From Polyangiaceae bacterium (GTDB lineage: Bacteria > Myxococcota_A > Polyangia > Polyangiales > Polyangiaceae), in contig CBDCTZ010000011.1 of assembly GCA_965222375.1 (NCBI GenBank), positions 160,001 through 224,000 on the forward strand: a stretch of 64,000 nt of DNA, written 5' to 3'. Position 1 is the first letter of the stretch, and each line of letters begins with the position of its first letter. The notes beneath the pieces are model-generated. The model saw only the letters and a program-made list of their open reading frames with translations, made no database searches and had not been told where the DNA came from. Below, piece after piece: positions 49,209 to 58,964 of this stretch. Both the position numbers and the translations under genes were made by a program.

Positions 49209-50945
49209 CTAGGCCGCCCGCCCGGTGTCTTCCTCGAGCTCTCGAAACATCGGCTGCAGCTCCTTCTTCTTGCGGAGGGGGGCACAGAACCGCGTCGCGA
49301 GCTCCAGCAGTTCTGCTTCGAGCATGTCTGCTTGGTCGCCCATCTCGCTGACGCTTGCCTGAGTTTCTGTGGTTTCGCGTTCGATGGCTTCCTCGTGCCG
49401 AGACAGTGCAGCGCGGAGTTCTTTGATCTGAAACTCAATGTCGTCCACCTCAGCGCGGCACTTGTTTGCTTCGGCTTCGGCGTCCGTGAACACTGTGTAC
49501 GCCGCTAGCCAAGCGTCGACGCGGTCCGCCACAGTGCGATAGGCCGCCGAAAGCAGGGCGTAGGGTACCGCGAATCCAGAGCGCCCTTCCCACAACATGA
49601 TGACCTTGTGAGCCTCCAACACGGCCTGTTTGTGCTGGTCCAGATCTCCTTGCACACCGTCCGCGGCACTCTGGGCGTTCTTGGCTTCGTCCCGTGCGCG
49701 GCTGGCGTCTACGCCCAGGGCGTGCACGGCATGTCCGAAACGTTGGCGGCCGTCTCTGCCGCGACCTTCAACTGTTTCCAGGTGGCGCTGCTGTGCCATG
49801 CTCTTGCTGCGCAGCCGCGTCACTTCGCGTACCAGGTTTTTCACCTGCTCAAGCAAGTTCACGAGTTCTGGCGGGCGTGCAGCATCGAATGCCGTAGCCA
49901 GCATTTGCTCGAAAACCTTGGTTCGCCTTACCCATCGATCCAGGGCCACGGGTGGCAGCGTCTTGGCGGGTCCACGTGAGCTTTCGACCTCTTCTCGCGG
50001 TTCCTCGGGGACTCGCACGCCGAGGGCTCCGGCGATGGCTGTCAGATCGGCGGCCACACGATGGGCGTCCACCGGTCGCTCCTCAGGAGTCTTGGCCATT
50101 AGCTCCAGGGCCAGGGTGTCGAGTTCTCTTGGTACTGACGGGTCGAGCGCACGCATGGAAGGAGCAGGCTCCTTCAGATGTTTCACGAAGTAGGAGGCCA
50201 CATCCGGGGCCTCGAAGGGTAGGCGGCCGGTGATCATCTCGTACAGCATGATGCCGACGGCGTAGAGATCCGCGGAGGGGCCCGCATCGATGGTCGTGAT
50301 GCGCTCCGGCGCCATGTATTGGGGAGTACCGAAGACTTCTCCCGAGCCTGTCAACCGTGGGTCCGCCATGGAGCGGGCGATCCCGAAGTCGAGCAGTACC
50401 GCGCGTTCTCCCACCACCTCGTCTGCGGCGAGAAAGATATTCTCCGGTTTGAGATCTCGGTGGATGACCTCCAGATCGTGCGCGCGGGCGAGGGCGCGCG
50501 CCACTTGAATCAGGATGGGTAGCGTACGTTCCACGGGAACCGCCCCCTCGTCCAGCAGATCTGCCAGGGTCTGCCCCTCGAGCAGCTCCATGACCAGGTA
50601 GAGGCAGCCGTCCGTGGTTTCCCCCTGATCGAAGATCTCGATGATATTGGGATGCGCGAGTTTCTGTGCGGCCTTGGCTTCTCGTCGGAAGCGCTCGCGG
50701 ATGACTTCATTCCCCGCGTAGCTCTGGCTCATGATCTTGACTGCACAAGACCGATCGACCAGGCGATGGGTTGCGCGGTAGACCGTGGCCATCCCCCCTT
50801 CGCCCAGCACTGCCTCCACCACGTAGCGCCCGCCCAGAGTGGTGCCGATTCGTGGGTCCTGAATCGCCACGAGCTTGGACCCGTCGACAAAACACGCGGT
50901 CTTGTCACTGGGGTACTTCAGGTTGCACTGGGGGCAGGCCTTCAT
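49209..50945 (-). CDS. Ser/Thr protein kinase with N-terminal zinc-ribbon and C-terminal coiled coil
   Basis: CPQC..CFVDG; LGEGGMATVY, AVK, HRDLKPEN, DFG, GTPQYMAPE. Confidence 0.93.
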   Translation of the reverse strand: MKACPQCNLKYPSDKTACFVDGSKLVAIQDPRIGTTLGGRYVVEAVLGEGGMATVYRATHRLVDRSCAVKIMSQSYAGNEVIRERFRREAKAAQKLAHPNIIEIFDQGETTDGCLYLVMELLEGQTLADLLDEGAVPVERTLPILIQVARALARAHDLEVIHRDLKPENIFLAADEVVGERAVLLDFGIARSMADPRLTGSGEVFGTPQYMAPERITTIDAGPSADLYAVGIMLYEMITGRLPFEAPDVASYFVKHLKEPAPSMRALDPSVPRELDTLALELMAKTPEERPVDAHRVAADLTAIAGALGVRVPEEPREEVESSRGPAKTLPPVALDRWVRRTKVFEQMLATAFDAARPPELVNLLEQVKNLVREVTRLRSKSMAQQRHLETVEGRGRDGRQRFGHAVHALGVDASRARDEAKNAQSAADGVQGDLDQHKQAVLEAHKVIMLWEGRSGFAVPYALLSAAYRTVADRVDAWLAAYTVFTDAEAEANKCRAEVDDIEFQIKELRAALSRHEEAIERETTETQASVSEMGDQADMLEAELLELATRFCAPLRKKKELQPMFRELEEDTGRAA

Positions 50946-51122
50946 TGCGGCTTGGTTGCATCCTCCGGCAGCCGCCCGGCACTTTCCAGGGAAAGTCCCA
51001 GGACCGGGCCAAAAAGTGCTACGGGCCCAGATTTCCGGCGCAAGGCGCCCATCTTTGGCTCCATCTGCTTGGCATTTTTCCATCTGGGCGCGGCCGTGCT
51101 AAGCGAAAAACCGAAAATCGTC

Positions 51123-51983
51123 ATGGCACCTCAGCCTGCCAGCTTGAAAGTGGATGTCCCGGCGCCCGGTCAAGACCGGATGCGGCTTGGTCGTGTTGGA
51201 ATAATCACGGTCGTTGGCTTTGTGCTGGGCGTGCTGTGGCCGCGGCTGGCGGGAGTGAAACTGGTGCCAAGCGCGCCCGTGGAAGGCGTGGCGGCGATCG
51301 CCTCGGCGGAACCGGCCCTGTCTGGGGAATCCTCGGACCCACCGGCGGCAGCGGTCGTTCCCGTGGAGGGGGAGCCCAAGCCCGACGAGGCGCTACTGCG
51401 GCTGAAGATCGGGAAGTCGCAGGTGACCAGCTGTCGCGATGGTGAGGGCAAGCGTCAAATCCACTGTGACGAGCTCGACCTCACGGCGCCATTGAGCGAC
51501 AAGCTGAAGATGCTCGCCCTGTGCCCTGGCACGGACAAGGCGCGAGGGACCCTCTCACTTGGTTTGGAGCTGGACCTGCCCAAAAAGAAGGTCCTGGAGA
51601 TCAAGAAGGGCAAGAGCACCACTATCGCCGACGATGCCACCCAGGCGTTCTTGGAGTGTGCGAAAAAGGACGTGTTGGGCGCTTCCTTGGAGGGCGTGAA
51701 GTACACCCGAGCTCGCTATACCGTCTTCTTCCTCTTGGACGTCGTGCCGAAGGGTGAGAACGCGAACAAGCCCGAGCCCAAGCCCGAGGAAGCAAGCGGG
51801 CGCGCTACCGTGAGCTGGGAGGTTGCACTGATTCGCGACGCACCCAAGGACGGCGCAATTGTCGCACGTGTACTGATGGGCACGAACGTCGTCGTGACCG
51901 GTCGTCAGAGGGACTGGTACAAGGTCAAGTACGACGCCAAGGGTAATGAGGGCTGGGTCTTCAAGACCGCCATTGGTCTGTAG
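51123..51983 (+). CDS. Membrane-anchored SH3b-domain protein
   Basis: N-terminal TM; C-terminal IRDAP..GTNVVVTGRQRDWYKVKY..EGWV. Confidence 0.8.
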   Translation: MAPQPASLKVDVPAPGQDRMRLGRVGIITVVGFVLGVLWPRLAGVKLVPSAPVEGVAAIASAEPALSGESSDPPAAAVVPVEGEPKPDEALLRLKIGKSQVTSCRDGEGKRQIHCDELDLTAPLSDKLKMLALCPGTDKARGTLSLGLELDLPKKKVLEIKKGKSTTIADDATQAFLECAKKDVLGASLEGVKYTRARYTVFFLLDVVPKGENANKPEPKPEEASGRATVSWEVALIRDAPKDGAIVARVLMGTNVVVTGRQRDWYKVKYDAKGNEGWVFKTAIGL

Positions 51984-52038
51984 GCGCCAGCCGCGCCGAC
52001 TCCTGACCGCAGCCGGCGGTTGGGCCGTAGCCCTTGGG

Positions 52039-52716
52039 ATGACTACGCCGACGGCGGCCGAGGACTTGGTGGTGGCGACGGATGCCGCTCAAGACGAAGA
52101 GCAGCAAGCCGCCCTGGCGCATGGAGTCGAGCCAGCAGAGGACGGCGACGACGAGAACCGCGATCCTGACATGCTGTTCACGGCGGCCGCGGGCGCTGGC
52201 GTTCGGGGCAGCCTGGGACGCGTGTACACGCGCGGCGTCGACCCGGGGTGGTACGGGCGCCTCGAGCTTGCCGCTTACTCCGCCAGCGCGTTCGAAGGGG
52301 CAGGAGCGATCGCCGGCGCCTTGATTGGAGGCGAGTTCTGGTCCGCGCCGGGCGCCAGGGGAGGCGGTCTGCCCATGGGGTTTTACCTCGGTGCGCGATC
52401 GCCTCATGTCATGAGCACCCTTGGAGGTGGTTTCCAGATGTTCATTGTCGACGACGTTGACGACGACGGTGGCTTCGGCGTCTACGTTCCGTATGCGTCG
52501 TTTACCCTGGGCGTCGAGGCCGCCGGCATGCGCGTCCTGGCCGAGGGGCGCGCCCAGTTCCGCTGGCAGTGGGGTGCCGACGACCGCGGGCAGCTACAGT
52601 TTGGCCTGAGCATAGCTCACGTTTGGGAATCTTCCGTCAAGTCGCGTCGGCAAGGGCGACCCCGGAGCCGGGGGCCTGCGGTGGCAAAAGATGCTAGATG
52701 TCGGGGGCTGCCTTGA
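52039..52716 (+). CDS. Hypothetical protein, possible small outer-membrane beta-barrel
   Basis: Gly/aromatic alternating strands; start uncertain. Confidence 0.55.
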   Translation: MTTPTAAEDLVVATDAAQDEEQQAALAHGVEPAEDGDDENRDPDMLFTAAAGAGVRGSLGRVYTRGVDPGWYGRLELAAYSASAFEGAGAIAGALIGGEFWSAPGARGGGLPMGFYLGARSPHVMSTLGGGFQMFIVDDVDDDGGFGVYVPYASFTLGVEAAGMRVLAEGRAQFRWQWGADDRGQLQFGLSIAHVWESSVKSRRQGRPRSRGPAVAKDARCRGLP

Positions 52717-53087
52717 ACACCGACAAGCCGGACAAGCCCGAGAAGAAGACCGAAGAGTTGAGGGACGCCGCGCCGGCGAAAGAAGACGTGGTCGTGATCG
52801 GTCCCCCCACTCCCGACGGAGCTGGGGCCACTGTGCTGCGCCTGCGGGAAGGGCGGATGGAGGCCGGGCAAATCCGCTCTTTGGAACAGGGCAAGCCCAT
52901 CGTAGGGGAGGTGGTCACGCTTCGCCCGCGCAAGGAGGCGCCGAATGTGTGCGACGTTGAGGTCGAGCACGACGTCAGTCCGCCAAAGCGGGAAACCAAC
53001 CGCCCAGCCCAGGTGGCGAACGCCAACTACCGCGAAAACTGGGACGTCATCTGGAAACGGCGTGATCCCGAGCAGCTCCCGAACTAG
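52698..53087 (+). CDS. Hypothetical protein
   Basis: 129 aa, protein-like; ends PAQVANANYRENWDVIW. Confidence 0.65.
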   Translation: MSGAALNTDKPDKPEKKTEELRDAAPAKEDVVVIGPPTPDGAGATVLRLREGRMEAGQIRSLEQGKPIVGEVVTLRPRKEAPNVCDVEVEHDVSPPKRETNRPAQVANANYRENWDVIWKRRDPEQLPN

Positions 53088-53096
53088 CGCCCGCGC

Positions 53097-55280
53097 TCAG
53101 AACGGAGCGAGCAGATCCGTGACCTTGCTCTTCGCGATCGCGAAGGTCGCCCTCACTCCTTTGACACGCGCATAGTGCACCGCGGTCTCCCGCCAGGTAT
53201 CAGCGGCGCCGATCCGAAACTCCTGTGGGCCGCCGACTTCCCGCTCGACTTTCACGTGCAGAACGGGCTTTCCGAGCCCTTCTCCCGGTTTAGCCGCGCC
53301 CAGGTGCACTGCGCCCTCCGCCCGCAGAGAGGACATGGCCTCGACCAGGCGACGCATGGCCGTGTCCGTCAACTTGGCGGTCTCCGGGTCTTTGGCGACG
53401 AAGCTACGCCCGCGCCTCAGCAGCACAATCTCTTTGCCGTCGTGCTTCAGGCTGATCTGGGACGTGTTGGCCGCGTTGAGCATGAAGTTGCCCCGGTCGA
53501 TGACCCAACGGGAGAGCGCTCTCACCACGCGGCGCGAGACCACGAATACGCCCGGCTCCCCGAGTAGTTTGGCGTACGCGCCCCCACTCACCAATGTACC
53601 AACCAGGACTTCATGACTGCGGGGTCCGGCATCGTGAGCGACCTCGATCTTCAGCCGTGCCGCTGGCTTGTCGAAACCAAAGCTGCCGTCGTCCTGGTCC
53701 GCCACCCATCTCTCTGCGCTCAATCCGACGATCAGATCAACCAGTTCGACGCAGAGGGCGGCGTCGTGGGAGTAGCCCTTGGGTTCGACGAGCTCGAAGC
53801 TTCCAGACGGGTGGCGCAAGAACTTCTGCTTGGTGCCCGTTCCAGAAACGGCCACAGACTGAATCTCCGCGGGCTTCAACTTCAAGACGCTGGGACTGCG
53901 GAGCAACACTGCGCTCGGCGCGAAGGCGCGGGCGGCGTCTCGGGACAAAGCCAAAACTGCGCCGTCTTGCTTGCGTCGCACGTGTAGCGTCCCGTCTTTG
54001 CCGAGCCGCCCCAACTCTATCTTTTCCTCCGTGGCCGCGGAGTCACTGGCAACCACCTTGAAGCTGAGCTCGCCCGTGGGTGGCGCTAGGCCCAGGGAGG
54101 CAAGATCCGCGTCCGGCACCAAAGAGCCGGAGGCATCTACTAGGCTGGAAACGAAGGCGTTACCGGCCTCGAGACCCACCTCGCCGGAGACCGGCTTGAC
54201 TAGGCGAAAGCCGGCTTCTTTGCGGTTGAGCTCGAGCTTCTTGTCACCCACGCGCAGCGTAACGGACTCGATCTCGTCTTTGCGAGCGCCGCCCACGGTG
54301 CTGTCCAGCAGTCGGTCTGCCGGCAGGGCGAGGGGTTCCAGGACGCTCTTGGGCACACAAGCAGCGACGGGATCCGGAGCGCGCCGGATCGCAACCGTGT
54401 CGTTCTTGCTCTTTGGGCATTGGCCCCCAACTTCCACGATCCCGGTTGCGTCGCCTTTGGTCTTTGGGAACATGCTGATCTTGATCTTCTCCGAGCCAAG
54501 TGCCGCTTCAGCTTCCTTCATGTTCAAGAAATGATCTGCTGTGAGCCGGGCGAACTGCACGAGCAGTGTGTCTAGCAGGGGGCGCGAGACGCGTGTATTG
54601 CCATGCATGCCGTCGAAACGCCATCGACCGTGGGGCAGGCTCCTCAGCGCTCGCTTTCCGCCCAGACCTTCCAACACGATGCGCTCCGCTTCCGAGGAAA
54701 AGTAGGGGACGATGAGCCGCCCTCGTAGGTCCTCGAGCCCGACATCTAGTTCCTGAAACAAGTCGCGGCCGATGATGAGCACCCCGCTGCCCGGTGCACC
54801 CTCGGCGATGATTTCGGCATAGTGTGCGCCCTTGGGCTGCGCCGCCTCCTTTCCGATCGACAGCTGGAAGCGAATCTTCCCCATCTGGATCTTGAAGCGA
54901 CGAATCGGCGCATCCAGCCCGAAGGCGGCGCGGTCGACTTCTTCACTGCGAATTCTTCGAACGAAGCGGGCAAACTCGAGGGTGCCGAGTAGCTTTTGAA
55001 TCGCAAAAGGGTCGGCTTCCTCCTTGATCGGCTCCCGCAGCATCCAACTATCGTCCCCACCGTCTTGACCGCGCTCTCGTTCGAGCAGCAGGTTTCCCTT
55101 CGCCGAGTGGACCTCGACGCGCGAGATGTCCGCCTCACGAAAGGCGGAAAGCACGTTGGACTCTCGGGCTTCTCTTTCCGAGGTCGTCACGCGGTCGCTA
55201 GTGGCGAAGACGGCGATGATGGCGGCCAGGGCCAACCCGATCACCGCGATGTTGGCCCACTGTCGCTTGAGCGTGCTCAC
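53097..55280 (-). CDS. DUF4340-like repeat protein
   Basis: N-terminal TM; repeated FGLDAP/LGLAPP/FGFDKP/GLGKP motifs; last gene of the Gld-like cluster. Confidence 0.8.
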   Translation of the reverse strand: MSTLKRQWANIAVIGLALAAIIAVFATSDRVTTSEREARESNVLSAFREADISRVEVHSAKGNLLLERERGQDGGDDSWMLREPIKEEADPFAIQKLLGTLEFARFVRRIRSEEVDRAAFGLDAPIRRFKIQMGKIRFQLSIGKEAAQPKGAHYAEIIAEGAPGSGVLIIGRDLFQELDVGLEDLRGRLIVPYFSSEAERIVLEGLGGKRALRSLPHGRWRFDGMHGNTRVSRPLLDTLLVQFARLTADHFLNMKEAEAALGSEKIKISMFPKTKGDATGIVEVGGQCPKSKNDTVAIRRAPDPVAACVPKSVLEPLALPADRLLDSTVGGARKDEIESVTLRVGDKKLELNRKEAGFRLVKPVSGEVGLEAGNAFVSSLVDASGSLVPDADLASLGLAPPTGELSFKVVASDSAATEEKIELGRLGKDGTLHVRRKQDGAVLALSRDAARAFAPSAVLLRSPSVLKLKPAEIQSVAVSGTGTKQKFLRHPSGSFELVEPKGYSHDAALCVELVDLIVGLSAERWVADQDDGSFGFDKPAARLKIEVAHDAGPRSHEVLVGTLVSGGAYAKLLGEPGVFVVSRRVVRALSRWVIDRGNFMLNAANTSQISLKHDGKEIVLLRRGRSFVAKDPETAKLTDTAMRRLVEAMSSLRAEGAVHLGAAKPGEGLGKPVLHVKVEREVGGPQEFRIGAADTWRETAVHYARVKGVRATFAIAKSKVTDLLAPF

Positions 55281-57160
55281 GAGTCATCCCCGCTATCGGG
55301 TGCCTTGGCTCCGGAGCTCTTCTTGCTCTCGTCTTCCTCGTCGTTCCTGTCGTCCTTGTCGTCTTCGCTCGAGTCGGGGCTGCTATCTGCGCCGTCGTGC
55401 TTGTCGTGCTTGTCGTGCTTGTCGTGCTTGTCGTGCTTGTCGTGCTTGTCGTGCTTGTCGTGCTTGTCGTGCTTGTCGTGCTTGTCGTGCTTGTCGTGCT
55501 TGTCGTGCTTGTCGTGCTTGTCGTGCTTGTCGTGCTTGTCGTCCTTGGTAGCGCCTTCGGAGTCCGTGCTCGCATCCTCCGGCTCCTCCTCTTTCCGCGA
55601 AACGCGTTTCTTCGATCCCGCGCGCTGCTTTTCCTTGTCGCCGCTCTCGGAGCGTGAACGCTTCTCTCCGGCGCGGCGACGCAGCATGACGAACACGCCG
55701 AGCAGCCCCGCGGCGCCGGGCATGAACAGCAGAACGTAGCGAAACACGTCGCCCAGGGATTCTTCAGTCAGACTGAGCCCCACATCGTGGCTCGCCTTTT
55801 CTGGAACGCTGACGATGGATGGGCGCGCCGCGAGCCAGGACAGGCTGCTCTCGATGAACAGCCGATTGCCGAGCAGCGCTGGCTCGCGGAAGTTGCGCCC
55901 CCAGACCGGGTTGGCGCTACCTACGGCGATCATGCGCGGGCCGTGGGGTGCGTCGCCGACTTTGGGCAATTCCGATGCGAAGGCCACCACGAAGGGGCCG
56001 GCAGGATCTTGCGCTGACTTTTCGGGTGGTGTGCCCTCGGCGACGAAGGGCCGAATGTCCCGCAGGGAGAAGGCCTGTGGGCTCGTGGAGAGCAGCGCGA
56101 CCGGGCGATAATCCGCGGCCTTCATGCTCTGGGTCGCACTGAGCAACACGCGAAAGCGAGGCTCTCCGTCTTTGAGCAGGCCCCGTGTCACACCGTGGGG
56201 CTTGGGGGCTGCGAAGAAGGACTCACCCAGACCCGAGGGCAGGCGAGACTTCTCGTCGCGCTCGACCACGAAGTCTGCCGCTAGCTCGATGCCAGCGCTG
56301 CGCGCAAGAGGTTCGAGGCCGGTCGGGGTGATGCGGTTCTCTTCATCCAGCACCGGGTTCGCCAGCAGGAAGAGATTCCCACCACCCTTGAAGTACGCCT
56401 GCAGGCGGTTGACTGCCTCATCCGAGAAACGAACCTCGGGGCCAGCGACGACCACGACTTGGCATTCCTTCAGGGGCCGCTCTAGCTTCGGCGCGGCCAG
56501 ATCGACGACTGCTACCTCGAAGTTGCTCTTCTCCACCCGGTAGCGCAGCTCCGCCAAGCCCGAAGGCCCGCCATCGTCGATGGAGATCTCCTGGTGGCCC
56601 GCGCTGAAACAGATCCGCGCACTTTCCCGTTCCAAGACGTTGCGGATCCCCTCGGTCAGTGCTTGCTCCAGCTTGGGCTTCGCGCGTCCGTCGTTTTCGT
56701 CGTACACGATGATGTCATCCGTGGTGACGAACCAATTGCGGGAGCCTCGAGAAACGACCATGGAGGCGTCCGTGACCACACGACCATCCTCGGTCTTGCC
56801 CGCTTGGATGCCGTACTTTCGCTGCAGCGCCAAAAACTCCGCCGGGTTACGGTCTGGGTCGACGTAGCGGGGTCGGAGCTTGTCGGTTTCCGCACCGTAG
56901 GCCGTCAGCATGTGCCGTACGCTCACGGTGAGGGGATCGCTGGCGCTCAGGAACACCACGATCTCGACGGGGTCCTCCAGGGACGCGAGGGTCTCCAAGG
57001 TTGCGTCGCTCAAGGTGTACAGCCCGCGGCTGGTCACATCCCAACGCTCATAGAAACGCGAGACCAGCACGTTCGCGGACACCCCGAGCAGAGTCGCCGC
57101 TATGACGCCGGCCGCGGACAGGGCGGCCAGCCCTCGGCCTCGCTTCTCGGGGGCGCTCAC
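55277..57160 (-). CDS. GldG-family ABC-associated protein with C-terminal (DKH)16 tail
   Basis: RWDVTSRGLYTLSDAT, YVDPDRNP, FSAGHQE, GGNLFLLANP, WL then C-terminal TM. Confidence 0.85.
   Translation of the reverse strand: MSAPEKRGRGLAALSAAGVIAATLLGVSANVLVSRFYERWDVTSRGLYTLSDATLETLASLEDPVEIVVFLSASDPLTVSVRHMLTAYGAETDKLRPRYVDPDRNPAEFLALQRKYGIQAGKTEDGRVVTDASMVVSRGSRNWFVTTDDIIVYDENDGRAKPKLEQALTEGIRNVLERESARICFSAGHQEISIDDGGPSGLAELRYRVEKSNFEVAVVDLAAPKLERPLKECQVVVVAGPEVRFSDEAVNRLQAYFKGGGNLFLLANPVLDEENRITPTGLEPLARSAGIELAADFVVERDEKSRLPSGLGESFFAAPKPHGVTRGLLKDGEPRFRVLLSATQSMKAADYRPVALLSTSPQAFSLRDIRPFVAEGTPPEKSAQDPAGPFVVAFASELPKVGDAPHGPRMIAVGSANPVWGRNFREPALLGNRLFIESSLSWLAARPSIVSVPEKASHDVGLSLTEESLGDVFRYVLLFMPGAAGLLGVFVMLRRRAGEKRSRSESGDKEKQRAGSKKRVSRKEEEPEDASTDSEGATKDDKHDKHDKHDKHDKHDKHDKHDKHDKHDKHDKHDKHDKHDKHDKHDKHDGADSSPDSSEDDKDDRNDEEDESKKSSGAKAPDSGDDS
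55394..55537 (-). repeat. Perfect 9-bp microsatellite x16 (GTCGTGCTT on + strand), encoding (DKH)n
   Basis: Counted directly from 55394 to 55537. Confidence 0.95.
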
Positions 57161-57906
57161 TAGCTCCACCTCCAGCTGTCGACCACGCGTACGGTCACGA
57201 AAAGCGGCACGACGATCAGAGATGCATCAAAAACCAGGCGGCGCAGATCGATGATGCCCTTGGACATCTCGTCCATCTGAGTGAGCACCGAGACGTGGCT
57301 CGAAATCGCGTGCACCACGCCAGGCTCGAAGATGTACTCTCCGATCCCGAGAATGAAGAAGCCGAACTGCGCCATCATGGTGAGCAAGAACGCCAGCAGC
57401 TGGCTCTTGGTCATGGCGCTCATCAGGGTACCGATGGCCAGGTAGCTGGCGCCGATGGCGACGACGCCCAGATAGCTGGAACCCACCACCGCCCAATCGA
57501 TCTGCCCTGTGTCTCGCAGGATCACGATGTACAAGACCGTCGGCGCCCACAAGGCAACGTAGGTGGTGAGCATGGCGAAGAACTTGCCGAGCACGACGCC
57601 CGTCGCCGTGACCGGCGCCGTCAGCAGCCCTTCAATGGTGCCGCTGCGCCGTTCTTCCGCGAAGGAGCGCATGGACAGCGCCGGACACACGAGCAGGAGC
57701 GAGACCAGCAAGAAGATGGATTGCCCGAAGTAGGCCTGTACGGGCCCGTTATCCATCGACGCCGACGCCACTTTGGAGATGTGCACGACGATTGTGTAGA
57801 AGCTCAGCCCTTGAACCAGCAGGAACACGACTAGCAGCACCCAGGCCAGGGGCGTGACCCACATGCTGAGCATTTCGCGACGGTAGACCGCGAATAGGCC
57901 GTTCAC
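57160..57906 (-). CDS. ABC-2 permease (GldF-like)
   Basis: MRSFAEERRSGTIEGLLTAPV..VVLGKF; multiple TMs. Confidence 0.9.
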   Translation of the reverse strand: MNGLFAVYRREMLSMWVTPLAWVLLVVFLLVQGLSFYTIVVHISKVASASMDNGPVQAYFGQSIFLLVSLLLVCPALSMRSFAEERRSGTIEGLLTAPVTATGVVLGKFFAMLTTYVALWAPTVLYIVILRDTGQIDWAVVGSSYLGVVAIGASYLAIGTLMSAMTKSQLLAFLLTMMAQFGFFILGIGEYIFEPGVVHAISSHVSVLTQMDEMSKGIIDLRRLVFDASLIVVPLFVTVRVVDSWRWS

Positions 57907-58868
57907 GCGTCGTCCTCCGAAGCGTCTTCGACCTCTGCATGGGTCAGCTGCGCGAAGACGTCTTCCAGAGTCGCCCGCACCGGCATGGCTTCTCTCACGC
58001 CTATCGCTGCTTTGCTGAGCGCGAAGGTTGCGGCCTCGATTACATCTTGGGGTTCGGCACCTTCGGACAGCACCAGTGTGATACGGCGCAACTCACCTTC
58101 CAGCCGTTTGCCCTTGGCCCTCTCAATGCCGGGTAGTGCAGCCAGAAGTTTCTTCGCGCTGCTCGACGGGTCTCGCACGATCATTCTGACGGACGTTGCG
58201 CGGCGTCGGGAACGCAGTTCGTCGATGCTGCCCTCCGCGATCAGCTTGCCTCGGTCGATGACCAGGGCCCGGTCGCAGGTGGACTCCACCTCCGACAAGA
58301 TGTGGGTGGAGAGCAAGATGGTGTGGCTCTCGCTCAGGTCCTTGATCACGTTGCGAACTTCGCGGATTTGATTCGGATCCAACCCTGCCGTGGGTTCGTC
58401 CAGTATCAAGAGCGGTGGATTGCTCACCAGTGCGTCCGCCAGCGCAACCCGCTGTCGATAGCCCTTGGACAGGTGTGAGATGAGGGTGTCGCGCATCTCG
58501 GTGACACTCGCCAGTTCCATGGCCCGCTCGATCGCCTTGGAGCGCTCCGCTCGGGCGACCACCTTCAACCGCGCCCGGAACAGCAGGTACTCACGCACAC
58601 GCATCTCCGGGTACAGCGGCGCGGCTTCAGGCATGTAGCCCAAGCTGCGGCGAGCCTCGAGGGGTGCATTGACGACGTCGTGCCCCGCTACGGTTAGACG
58701 CCCCGAGGTCGCGCCCAAGAAGCCCGCCAGGATGCGCATGGTGGTGCTCTTGCCAGCGCCGTTGGGGCCGAGAAAGCCTACGATCTCGCCCTTCGCGACG
58801 AAGAAGCTCACGTCGCTGACGGCCACGACCGTGCCGTAGTCTTTCGTCAGCTTCTCGACCTCAATCAT
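57903..58868 (-). CDS. ABC transporter ATP-binding protein (GldA-like)
   Basis: GPNGAGKST, LSKGYRQRV, LDEPTAGLDP, LSTHIL. Confidence 0.93.
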   Translation of the reverse strand: MIEVEKLTKDYGTVVAVSDVSFFVAKGEIVGFLGPNGAGKSTTMRILAGFLGATSGRLTVAGHDVVNAPLEARRSLGYMPEAAPLYPEMRVREYLLFRARLKVVARAERSKAIERAMELASVTEMRDTLISHLSKGYRQRVALADALVSNPPLLILDEPTAGLDPNQIREVRNVIKDLSESHTILLSTHILSEVESTCDRALVIDRGKLIAEGSIDELRSRRRATSVRMIVRDPSSSAKKLLAALPGIERAKGKRLEGELRRITLVLSEGAEPQDVIEAATFALSKAAIGVREAMPVRATLEDVFAQLTHAEVEDASEDDA

Positions 58869-58964
58869 GAGCTATCCCGCGCGTTTACCACGACCGCGGC
58901 AGTGATGGGATCCATGCCGTGCCAGTGGCGAGGGCAGAGCGGGCAACCAGCTCACGCCGTGTGG

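Noticed and set aside
54996..55739. ORFs with (CLS)n, (CRA)n, (VLV)n or (TTS)n repeats
   Set aside because: Alternative-frame shadows of the 9-bp microsatellite in the GldG-like gene
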